Shown here piece after piece: positions 18,571 through 26,573 of a stretch of 64,000 nt of DNA; positions within the stretch are counted from its first letter, which is position 1; every line of letters begins with the position of its first letter. A program made the translations under genes and the position numbers. Under the pieces are notes generated by a model, which ran no database searches, was not told the DNA's origin, and was given only the letters and a program-made list of their open reading frames with translations. The stretch covers positions 62,001 to 126,000 of IMG/VR virus record IMGVR_UViG_3300009537_002640; one strand, 5' to 3'.

Positions 18571-19715
18571 TCGTCAAACCCTCTAAGTTCATCTGCGGTA
18601 AATTGCTCAACATTGTCAGATGTATATTCGAATGATTCTACCTTTGGCTCATCAGGATAGCTAATATCCCACCCAAGACTTCTGTCAGTAACTCCTGGCG
18701 GAACAATCTTGTAATACTTGCCACAGTCTACGGTGTACAATACCTCTGTCTTTGATATCAGGTCTTCATGTATCTTCTCGTAACCCCTCAGCCCAATGAA
18801 CTCTACAGGGATGCCGGGAGCAAATGTTTCAGCAAACGCCATAATGCTTGTGGCTTTAAGCTTGGGTATGAATATCTCGCCGCCTATTGTGTTGTTAAGG
18901 GCAAACAGATTTAGATTAACCGCTTCATCCATTGACATAAAGAATCTGGTCATATCTTTGTGCGTAACTTTAACTTCGCCTTCTTTAGCCTGCTGTTCAA
19001 ACAATTGTCTCACAGAACCATTGGAACCATAAACGTTTCCATATCTTGTGCAAGTAAAGACTGTCCCATTTTTGCCAGAATAATTGTTGCCGTTGATAAA
19101 TACTTGTTCAGCAACAAACTTTGTTCCACCATACAAGGTGGCTGGCGCACAGGCTTTATCTGTAGAAACCAGAAGCGCCTTACCTACGTTGTTCTCTATA
19201 CAGGACTCTAAAACATTCACGCTTCCTATTACATTGCTCTTCACAGCTTCAATTGGATTATAAGTGCAGGTTTCCACTCGCTTCATACAGGCAGCATGAA
19301 TACAAACATCCACACCACGCAAAGCTCGCTCTAATCTTTTCCTATCCCTTATATCACCTATCAAATATCGTATGTTTATCTTGTCGGAAAACTTGGCTCT
19401 CATTCTTGCCTGCTTTAATTCACAGCGACTAAAGATGATAACCTTCTTAGCCACGTCAACTATACGCTCTGTTAAAGCATGTCCAAGAGAACCCGTGCCA
19501 CCAGTGATAAGCACAACTTTCCCACGAACGGCGTCTAGATCAGAACCGTCTCGTTTGTATTTAGTCTTTCCTGACATTTCAAGGAACTGGTCATGCGTAT
19601 AGAACATACGCCCAGAAGGTTTGCGTTGGGCTACAAGTTTGCCTTCCTTGTCCCAGTTTCGCAAGGTTTGAACAGAAACCCCAAGTTTTTCAGCCATTTC
19701 AGTTGTCGAATACAC
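18567..19715 (-). CDS. pseB: UDP-GlcNAc 4,6-dehydratase (PseB/FlaA1-like) with N-terminal MerR/IS607-type HTH fusion
   Basis: aa 1-48 EMAEKLGVSVQTLRNWDKEGKL..RKPSGRMFY (HTH). Then ITGGTGSLG, FSRCELKQ, YNPIEAVKSN, STDKAC.PATLYGGTK, RYGNV.GS.GS, MTRF, GGEIFIPK, EKIHE. GTG start with GGAGG RBS. Confidence 0.9.
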   Translation of the reverse strand: MYSTTEMAEKLGVSVQTLRNWDKEGKLVAQRKPSGRMFYTHDQFLEMSGKTKYKRDGSDLDAVRGKVVLITGGTGSLGHALTERIVDVAKKVIIFSRCELKQARMRAKFSDKINIRYLIGDIRDRKRLERALRGVDVCIHAACMKRVETCTYNPIEAVKSNVIGSVNVLESCIENNVGKALLVSTDKACAPATLYGGTKFVAEQVFINGNNYSGKNGTVFTCTRYGNVYGSNGSVRQLFEQQAKEGEVKVTHKDMTRFFMSMDEAVNLNLFALNNTIGGEIFIPKLKATSIMAFAETFAPGIPVEFIGLRGYEKIHEDLISKTEVLYTVDCGKYYKIVPPGVTDRSLGWDISYPDEPKVESFEYTSDNVEQFTADELRGFDE

Positions 19716-19774
19716 GGATGTCCTCCTATATAATATGCCATCATATTAGTAGATTTTACGGTGTTTGGGGTTAT

Positions 19775-19805
19775 ATTATGACACAAATGTATAAAAATGT
19801 GTTAA
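19775..19805 (-). promoter_or_regulatory. Putative sigma70-like promoter with 10-bp direct repeats in the spacer
   Basis: Minus strand reads TTAACA-19 nt-CATAAT with a TG extended -10. The spacer region holds ACATTTTTAT ACATTTGTGT. It lies in one of the few intergenic gaps. Confidence 0.4.
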
Positions 19806-20893
19806 GATAGAATGTCTTTTACTATAGCCTGAGAGCTGTTGGGGGGAGTCATTCCGACATATTGAGACAACCAGTCTTCTATTGCTAGACCGTCTGGCTG
19901 GGGCGGGATTAGTTGAAAGTCCGGAGATAGTGCTTCTTCTTGACTCACACTCCAGACGGCCTCTCTAAAGTTATACACTGGGCTTTCAAAGTAATCTTTC
20001 ATCTTCTTCTTATCATGAGACCAGCGCTTGAGGTTCAGAGGGATATTCACCACATGTTTACCTGCTACCATACACTCATAGATACCCGAGCTATAGAACA
20101 TGACTACACAATGAGTTTCAGCAAAGGCTCCAGAAATTGACGGCGGATACATTTTGTCGCCGTCATCTATTATCAAAGCACCATACTTCTTTAGCTCATC
20201 CGGCATCCATTGTTTCTTGCGCGTTTTGAATATTAGATGGTGCTCGTTACCTCTGCAGATATTATCCATCATCTTTAGGAAATTGTCTTTTCCCCCAAAA
20301 GCAATCTGGACATGCTCTGCTAAAAGATTCGGCAGCAATACTAATAGCCCTGGCCTTGGAACAATATCTGACCTAAGCCCGTCATAAATAGGGGAGCCTA
20401 ACCACTTATCACGCTTCGGGTCTAGCTTTAGCCCGAGCATATCAAGGTGCAGATTCATTAGATGTTGAGATGAATAATAGACACGATCACATGACGTGAT
20501 ATTTTTAGGGTCGGGAGTCCACAAAGAATCCGTAAGGTAAAGGATATTGTAAATCCCAATATTGTTTTTCTTCAGTTCGTTTATGTAGTCTTTGGCCCAC
20601 AAGTAAACCTCAAGACTTACCAGTTTAGTTATCTTATCATGAACCAATTGTTTGAGGAGTTGATTATCATTACCAAACGCTTTTACTTTAGCGGCATTGG
20701 CAACAACCCCTGGGGACGATAGTTTTAGCTTAGCCAAACTTGCTCGATTGTATTCTTTACTGCCTCGCGGAGCATCAAAGTGGTATAGGACATAGGGTGC
20801 ACCTGTCCTGTGAAGTTCCTCCATTATAGGATGGAGAACCTTTAGAAATGTTAATTCTCTAACTACTACTCCGATCATCGGCTGTGTATCCAT
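19802..20893 (-). CDS. GT-B fold putative glycosyl/sialyl-transferase
   Basis: LGSPIYD, IFKTRKK, VMFYSSGIYECMVAGKHVVNI; the C-terminal pattern is shared with 5321..6445 and 6442..7515. Confidence 0.55.
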   Translation of the reverse strand: MDTQPMIGVVVRELTFLKVLHPIMEELHRTGAPYVLYHFDAPRGSKEYNRASLAKLKLSSPGVVANAAKVKAFGNDNQLLKQLVHDKITKLVSLEVYLWAKDYINELKKNNIGIYNILYLTDSLWTPDPKNITSCDRVYYSSQHLMNLHLDMLGLKLDPKRDKWLGSPIYDGLRSDIVPRPGLLVLLPNLLAEHVQIAFGGKDNFLKMMDNICRGNEHHLIFKTRKKQWMPDELKKYGALIIDDGDKMYPPSISGAFAETHCVVMFYSSGIYECMVAGKHVVNIPLNLKRWSHDKKKMKDYFESPVYNFREAVWSVSQEEALSPDFQLIPPQPDGLAIEDWLSQYVGMTPPNSSQAIVKDILS

Positions 20894-21020
20894 ATTTCAG
20901 AAACCCTGCATATATAATTCCTATGTCATAGGGTTTGTATTTTTTCTTCTTCAGTGAATCGTAAAACATCCAATGAAATGTTGGGCCATAAACACCGGGC
21001 TGCACAAAATATTTAGCCAT
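20859..21020 (-). CDS. Small hypothetical protein (53 aa, mini-ORF family member)
   Basis: Not in the track. MAKYFVQPGVYGPTFHWMFYDSLKKKKYKPYDIGIIYAGFLKYGYTADDRSSS; its start overlaps the upstream stop. Confidence 0.55.
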   Translation of the reverse strand: MAKYFVQPGVYGPTFHWMFYDSLKKKKYKPYDIGIIYAGFLKYGYTADDRSSS

Positions 21021-21210
21021 CTACATGCCATCCGTATTTCAATATAAAGGTATATGCCGAATAGATATCATCTTGGCTACACGTACCCTTATTAATTCTA
21101 TCTATAACATCATGTTTCCATAGATGCTTGAGAAATGTCATATCTTCTCTAAACTGAATATCTCTTATGGCTTTACGCTGAGCCGCTGCAACTAAATCTA
21201 TCACATCCAC
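21013..21210 (-). CDS. Small hypothetical protein (mini-ORF family member)
   Basis: 65 aa ending DDIYSAYTFILKYGWHVDG. Confidence 0.6.
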   Translation of the reverse strand: MDVIDLVAAAQRKAIRDIQFREDMTFLKHLWKHDVIDRINKGTCSQDDIYSAYTFILKYGWHVDG

Positions 21211-21488
21211 ACCACATGCCTATTGTAATCTACCAATCTATCATCAATGTGTGCGGGTCTACGACGGGCAACCTTTCCACACTTATTACATATTACATCT
21301 GTTTGAGCAAAACCATATTCCATATAACCAGAAGGGATAACTTCAAAACAGTGCCAATCATGCCAGCACAAAAACTTTCCACGCTCTATCCTGTGCTTTT
21401 TGTGATATTCCACTGCCCACCTCAAATCAGCTGGCTTTATTTTACCTTGACATAGAAAGTACTTATATAGTATTATTTTGTTAAGCAT
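21201..21488 (-). CDS. Small hypothetical protein, possible Zn-binding C-terminus
   Basis: 95 aa; CWHDWHC...CNKCGK. Confidence 0.6.
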   Translation of the reverse strand: MLNKIILYKYFLCQGKIKPADLRWAVEYHKKHRIERGKFLCWHDWHCFEVIPSGYMEYGFAQTDVICNKCGKVARRRPAHIDDRLVDYNRHVVWM

Positions 21489-21628
21489 GTTATCTTGCCT
21501 TTTGACTTAAGTGCCCCAATATACAATTCTCGTATGTCACTAAAACTTACATCATCCATACACTCTGCCATCAACAAACATAAGTACGCATGTTTGAACA
21601 AAACATTATACTGTATATCACCCAGCAT
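21473..21628 (-). CDS. Small hypothetical protein (51 aa, mini-ORF family member)
   Basis: Not in the track. MLGDIQYNVLFKHAYLCLLMAECMDDVSFSDIRELYIGALKSKGKITCLTK; it fills the gap and overlaps both neighbours. Confidence 0.5.
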   Translation of the reverse strand: MLGDIQYNVLFKHAYLCLLMAECMDDVSFSDIRELYIGALKSKGKITCLTK

Positions 21629-22367
21629 CTAACACGCCTCTAGCTACCTTCTTCCACTCTTCCAATTGTTCTGCTGGGTGCTTAAAGCCTTTACGGATTG
21701 CTTTACCGCCTAGATTGCTACCTCTACCAAAGTGAGCTAACACAGGTTCACCATCTACCCAAAACTCATCTGACTGAAATCTTGAATCGAAATATGCACC
21801 GTCGCCAGTTTTGCAATCTACGAATTCCATAGGCTTAACTTGGTCAGGTCTTACATAGTTGCGCAACTGCCAGCCTACATCCTCGTGTGCTTTGTATGGC
21901 CTGTTGGAACGATTCTTATCCTTACCTGGACGAAAATCAATGGTAGTTCCATGACGCAACAGGCGCGAACTGCCTACCAAAAAACAAACATGATAAAAAG
22001 GTTGTCCTGCTAAATCTCCCTTTTTAGCTGCCAGAAGCTTGTGCTTAGAGAAATCTAAATCACCCCAGCCTTTCTTTAAGATGATACAATCGGACTCTAT
22101 TATGGCAAACTTAGGGGTGGTAACAAAATCGAAAGCCGCGTTGAGACCTTCGCCATGACGATTACTCCCACCATGCAGTGCGGGTTCATGTGAAAATATC
22201 ATAATGTTTGGATCATTAGCATACTTATCCAACACATCTTTATTATTGCCATTGTCACATATAACAAAGTGGGGACACGGATCGGTAAACTTTTTGACCG
22301 ATTCAATCATCAGGTCTATTAGTCCAGCATCATTCTCTACAACGGTTACTACTGTTAGGTCTGTCAT
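21618..22367 (-). CDS. Glycosyltransferase family 2-like (GT-A)
   Basis: LTVVTV, VICDNG, HGEGLN, IIESDC, EDVGW, AHFGRGS. Confidence 0.75.
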   Translation of the reverse strand: MTDLTVVTVVENDAGLIDLMIESVKKFTDPCPHFVICDNGNNKDVLDKYANDPNIMIFSHEPALHGGSNRHGEGLNAAFDFVTTPKFAIIESDCIILKKGWGDLDFSKHKLLAAKKGDLAGQPFYHVCFLVGSSRLLRHGTTIDFRPGKDKNRSNRPYKAHEDVGWQLRNYVRPDQVKPMEFVDCKTGDGAYFDSRFQSDEFWVDGEPVLAHFGRGSNLGGKAIRKGFKHPAEQLEEWKKVARGVLDAG

Positions 22368-22368
22368 A

Positions 22369-22671
22369 TTACACCTTGTCTGCTAGCTCTGCCAGAATAT
22401 CACCATGACAGGGCGCATCTGGATTAGCCTTTGTCTTGCACCAGCAGCCTAGCACCTTTCCTTTAAGCTCTGGCAATCTTTCTAATAGGTCTGGCCTGGA
22501 CATGATATACTCTCGGTATTTGTCAACCGCCTCTTCCACACTGGCTACTTTTTGCTTAGCCCATGTTCCATCTTTATGAGTATATGGATTTCCCCATACA
22601 CTACCTCTACCTCGCCCAATATAAACATCATACTCTTCCTGCATACAGTGAACTACTTTAGTCTTACTCAT
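22369..22671 (-). CDS. DUF4326 family protein
   Basis: DVYIGRG.GSVWGNPY, ELKGKVLGCWC..PCHGDIL. Confidence 0.88.
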   Translation of the reverse strand: MSKTKVVHCMQEEYDVYIGRGRGSVWGNPYTHKDGTWAKQKVASVEEAVDKYREYIMSRPDLLERLPELKGKVLGCWCKTKANPDAPCHGDILAELADKV

Positions 22672-22927
22672 TTCCTACTCCCGACAGTTCTTTTACTAGT
22701 ACTTCTTTTTTACAGTCTTCTAGGTGTTTACTTAAACCATCTATAATGAATTTAAGTGCCTCTATCTTTTCTTGTGCGGTCATATATCGATTTTGATTAT
22801 TGGACGTGAGAATAGCAGAAACCATAAATGTCCCAACATCATCATCAAGTCTACCTTTAGTACAACTCAATTCCAAGGCATATGTGTTATAATACTTCTT
22901 TTCACTTAATGTCATCGTCTTCCCCAA
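22664..22927 (-). CDS. Hypothetical protein
   Basis: In-operon ORF; the true start may be a few codons downstream (MTLSEK). Confidence 0.55.
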   Translation of the reverse strand: MGKTMTLSEKKYYNTYALELSCTKGRLDDDVGTFMVSAILTSNNQNRYMTAQEKIEALKFIIDGLSKHLEDCKKEVLVKELSGVGNE

Positions 22928-23121
22928 TACTTAGCCATCTCTTTTTGAAAAGCATCTGGGCCTGCATACCGCTTACAGCGTCGCTTAAGGTCTCCATAAA
23001 AATACTTCCTAGCTATTTTTCTAGTTTTAGGGCTTGTCTTACACACGGCACCTAATGGCACCCAATCATCACCAAGCAAAGCATAATACAATATTCTAGT
23101 TAGTGTTAGTGGTATTGTCAT
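22912..23121 (-). CDS. Hypothetical protein
   Basis: 69-aa basic ORF with an ATGA overlap. Confidence 0.55.
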   Translation of the reverse strand: MTIPLTLTRILYYALLGDDWVPLGAVCKTSPKTRKIARKYFYGDLKRRCKRYAGPDAFQKEMAKYWGRR

Positions 23122-24113
23122 AACCCCAAAGCCTTTAGATATTTATCCGTCATCTTCTCGATTGATAGTTCATTAATAGCGTGTTTACGAGCTGCTGCAC
23201 TCATCACGCTTAAATCTTGCTTGATTATTTCTTCAGTTCCATCTGCCAGTTTCTGTATATACTCTGCTCCATAATCCCAATGCCCGGTAGGAACTATAAT
23301 CCCTGTTTCTTTGTCTTTCACCATATCCGTGTTGCCGCCCCAAGATGGGATGACAACCGGCAGCCCACAAGCCTGAGCCTCTGCTATCACATTATCAGAA
23401 CTAGAACCCTGTCGAGGTCCAAGGAAAATATCCCCGTGCCCATACAGAGCAGTAAGTTTGGTATTAGGTGATGCGCCCAGATACCTTACGTTGCGATCAT
23501 TACTATACGGACTAAGCACCTTAGCACAGTGCCCGTCCATAGTTCCAGCTAAAATCAGAGCAACTTTATGCCCTCGGTTCTTAAGTTCATTATACACTCC
23601 TACAAGGGATTCCATCAAGTAAGAATCGCGCATTTTTCCTACATGCATTAAATTGATGAAACCATCTGATGGGCGGTCTAAAGGCTTGAATAGATTGGTA
23701 TCTACGCCATTATGTATGACCGACCAATTAGAATCTTCTCTGGGGCAAATCTCTTCATCTATTCTTTCTTTCGACCAATTAGATTGATAAACTACATGAT
23801 GAACATTAGGTATATCACTGGCGAGCTTTGTATGAAGAGCAGTCATATCAGGGCGAATGGGTCTGTTAAACTTCTTATTATACTCCTGGTTATATATACC
23901 ATCTATACGCAATAATAGTTTTGTCTTAGCATCTTTACAATATCTGCGAAACTTTCCTGTTTCAATAATACATATGGCGGCGTCAGCTCGTTGTGGCTTG
24001 TCATAAACCACAGTATGCCCGCGCTTCTGCAGCTCTCGTGCCGTCTTATAAACAAAAGTAACAGGGCCTCCGCCACCTGTGCTACCTGGATGATTGAAAC
24101 AAATAATTGCCAT
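23118..24113 (-). CDS. Glycosyltransferase family 4 (GT-B)
   Basis: GGGGP, RIDG, VYQS, IHNGVDTNLF, NVIAEAQACGLPVV..GG..DMVKDKETG. Confidence 0.9.
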   Translation of the reverse strand: MAIICFNHPGSTGGGGPVTFVYKTARELQKRGHTVVYDKPQRADAAICIIETGKFRRYCKDAKTKLLLRIDGIYNQEYNKKFNRPIRPDMTALHTKLASDIPNVHHVVYQSNWSKERIDEEICPREDSNWSVIHNGVDTNLFKPLDRPSDGFINLMHVGKMRDSYLMESLVGVYNELKNRGHKVALILAGTMDGHCAKVLSPYSNDRNVRYLGASPNTKLTALYGHGDIFLGPRQGSSSDNVIAEAQACGLPVVIPSWGGNTDMVKDKETGIIVPTGHWDYGAEYIQKLADGTEEIIKQDLSVMSAAARKHAINELSIEKMTDKYLKALGL

Positions 24114-24118
24114 AGTTC

Positions 24119-24322
24119 TTACCTCGGAAGTAAATCCTTTCCCTTTTCATCGCACCTTTTTATGAAGTCCGCCACAGAATCCTTTTCGGTACTATACTTA
24201 TTAAAATACAGTCTTCCCATTCTCTTGCTTAGAAAATTGTATATCCACTGAAGCCTAAACCCCATATCCTTACCTAAGTAACACCTATAAACATAATCTG
24301 TGTCATTTAGTTTTCTTGCCAT
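24119..24322 (-). CDS. Hypothetical protein
   Basis: 67-aa ORF with a GGAGGGG RBS. Confidence 0.55.
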   Translation of the reverse strand: MARKLNDTDYVYRCYLGKDMGFRLQWIYNFLSKRMGRLYFNKYSTEKDSVADFIKRCDEKGKDLLPR

Positions 24323-25106
24323 CTTGCCCCTCCTTTTTCAGAATAGGAGCGGTGATAACATCATCAAAGTGCTGTGTTACTATCTTAGGCTCTTTGTATG
24401 GTATGTACACTTTATTAGTTCTCTTGTACTTAAGCTCGTTATCTCCTACCTTCTGATATGCCTTTGATTTTGCTGAGTGACTAAACCTCTTTAGTGCCTC
24501 GTATGCCTTGTTCGATCTTGGGTCTATGTGTTTACCCATTGGCTCTATATACATACTTCTTAGTCTCAATCTCTTGATGCGGATGTACATATCACAATCT
24601 TCGCCGCCATATACAAAGTCTGGAGAATAAAATCCTACTTGGTCAAATACATCGCGGCGCATAAATAAGCAGCCACCGCCAAGATTACCAGACTTAATCT
24701 GCATCTTAACGCCATCTACTTCTTTAACAGGATAGCGTTTGCTCTCAACATTAATGCCAGTTATGCCCAGCCTCTCAATCTTAGTGCAAGCTTCAATTAG
24801 CTTTACGTCGTATTCGTCAGGAACCAAAATGTCATCGTCTATGGTCATCAAGTAATCGCCAGTAGCTTCTTTCAACCCGCTGTTCCTTCCACCAGCCACT
24901 CCGAAGTTACTTTTGTTGAACACCTTAATAACACGCTTTGTATTAGCATTGCCTGTTACGGTTTCTAGATATTCACGAGTACCATCTATGGAGCCATTAT
25001 CAACCAAGATAAGCTCATGTGGCACAGTGGTTTTCAGCTTTAGATGGTGAATTGTCTTCTTGCTCAACTCCCTTCTATTGTAATTGAGAACGATAATTGA
25101 CAGCAT
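24303..25106 (-). CDS. Glycosyltransferase family 2
   Basis: LSIIVLNYNR, VDNGSIDGT, GVAGGRNSGL, TIDDD, YGGEDCD. Confidence 0.92.
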   Translation of the reverse strand: MLSIIVLNYNRRELSKKTIHHLKLKTTVPHELILVDNGSIDGTREYLETVTGNANTKRVIKVFNKSNFGVAGGRNSGLKEATGDYLMTIDDDILVPDEYDVKLIEACTKIERLGITGINVESKRYPVKEVDGVKMQIKSGNLGGGCLFMRRDVFDQVGFYSPDFVYGGEDCDMYIRIKRLRLRSMYIEPMGKHIDPRSNKAYEALKRFSHSAKSKAYQKVGDNELKYKRTNKVYIPYKEPKIVTQHFDDVITAPILKKEGQDGKKTK

Positions 25107-25110
25107 AACA

Positions 25111-25878
25111 TTATACGAGACCCGCTTGGGTAAACAACCTCCGAAATTCTTTCTGCATGTCTTGCCAGTCTTTCGTTTGTTGTGGACTGTGTTGACGCTC
25201 TACCTGTGTATCATGCTGTCTCCAGTGATATAGAACTTTGTCTATTTTCACAACTGGATATTTCATTAGCATTCGTCCAGCAATATTGTAGTCTGTAGAG
25301 TATTGATAGTTGGTATTGAAGCCACCTATATCTCTTAAGCAGCTAATTCTAAATGCCCTAAGGTGCCCTATAGGATTAGCTTTCAAGAATATCTTGCGTA
25401 GAACCTTTTGTCCTTCGGGTGTAAATTGATTGGGAACCATCTTTGCTTTAGGGTGATTCTTGTGTTTTACGCCGCCTGTTTTGTTGACGATATTAAAGCC
25501 GGAATATGTTTGCCCTACCTCTGGGTGTTCGGTAAACATCTTTAATACTTCTTCCAAGGCATTGGCTGCTAACATATCATCGCTATCAAGCACTACCATT
25601 ACTTCAGCTTCGGGAAAGTTTTGAGGTATCCATTCATCCAGAACATAGTTGTATGCTTTCTGTTGCCCGAGATTTTCACTCTTACGAACAAAGTGCATAT
25701 GGTCAAATTTTTTCTCATATGTCTCAGCAATCTTATCTGCCCCGTCCGTGCTTGCATTATCTAACACTAGGTGCACCCACTTATCCTTGGGGAGCGTTTG
25801 TGCCAAGGCTGACTGCAAGGCCGCTGGTAATAGATGCTTTCGGTTGTGTACCAATGTCACCAATACAATATCTGTCAT
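25111..25878 (-). CDS. Glycosyltransferase family 2
   Basis: VHNRKHLL, LDNASTDG, LDSDD, GGFN..STDY, YHWRQH. Confidence 0.92.
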   Translation of the reverse strand: MTDIVLVTLVHNRKHLLPAALQSALAQTLPKDKWVHLVLDNASTDGADKIAETYEKKFDHMHFVRKSENLGQQKAYNYVLDEWIPQNFPEAEVMVVLDSDDMLAANALEEVLKMFTEHPEVGQTYSGFNIVNKTGGVKHKNHPKAKMVPNQFTPEGQKVLRKIFLKANPIGHLRAFRISCLRDIGGFNTNYQYSTDYNIAGRMLMKYPVVKIDKVLYHWRQHDTQVERQHSPQQTKDWQDMQKEFRRLFTQAGLV

Positions 25879-25889
25879 TTCTTCTCCTC

Positions 25890-25928
25890 AAAACTAAATG
25901 GGTGCGCCTCTGTAAAGAGAACGCACCC
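25890..25928 (-). terminator. Putative intrinsic terminator / stabilising hairpin
   Basis: Minus strand GGGTGCG-TT-CTCT-TTAC-AGAG-G-CGCACCC followed by ATTTAGTTTT, just after the stop of 25937..26125. Confidence 0.55.
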
Positions 25929-25936
25929 GCACTATA

Positions 25937-26125
25937 TTAGTCTTTCAATTTCTTAGCAACAAGGACATAAGCCAAGCCAGCTGCACAGCCAGCTAGAACT
26001 GCCCAACGATCTCCAACTAGGAAACCGCCACCACAGCCACCAGCTGCAACAACCACTGCCTCATTTAGGTTGTTCTTAACCAGCTTATAGCCTGCCTTCA
26101 AATAGCCTTTTAGTTTATCCAACAT
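25937..26125 (-). CDS. Small hydrophobic membrane protein
   Basis: 62 aa, Gly/Ala-rich hydrophobic hairpin, strong AAGGAGGT RBS. Confidence 0.7.
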   Translation of the reverse strand: MLDKLKGYLKAGYKLVKNNLNEAVVVAAGGCGGGFLVGDRWAVLAGCAAGLAYVLVAKKLKD

Positions 26126-26136
26126 GTTAGACCTCC

Positions 26137-26571
26137 TTAGATTTTAGCTAATCTAATAATCATTAGCTCTTCCCTAAGCTCTTGCGCTTTTTTGTTGGCC
26201 GCGCTAGCTTCTTGCTTACGGCCCAACACTTTACACGTTCCAGCATAGTGATGCCAGAAACGAAAGGAATCTATAGTACGGAATTGAATCTTATCCCATC
26301 CATGATTTTCGAACATTTTCTTAAACCATTCGGGTGGTTCATTGCCTATCCTAGACTCTTTTTTCCAATTGATTAGCTCAGTTACAATAATATAAAGCAT
26401 TATTCCTGAGACTGCAAAAACACCCGGCACAGTAAATAGAGATGGGATTACTTTGTTTTCGTCTGGTCGCTCGTTAAAGAGCAACATAGACCACGCTGCT
26501 ATCGGAACTTGCCACCATCTCCATATGCGTCGAGGCAGGCTAATCACCGGCTCTGCCTTTTTTATCGACAT
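26137..26571 (-). CDS. Hypothetical membrane protein
   Basis: Hydrophobic segment LFTVPGVFAVSGIMLYIIV. Confidence 0.6.
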   Translation of the reverse strand: MSIKKAEPVISLPRRIWRWWQVPIAAWSMLLFNERPDENKVIPSLFTVPGVFAVSGIMLYIIVTELINWKKESRIGNEPPEWFKKMFENHGWDKIQFRTIDSFRFWHHYAGTCKVLGRKQEASAANKKAQELREELMIIRLAKI

Positions 26572-26573
26572 TC

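Noticed and set aside
19560-19715. IS607-family insertion sequence
   Set aside because: Only the HTH is present. There is no serine-recombinase catalytic domain or TnpB, and the frame continues into the dehydratase.
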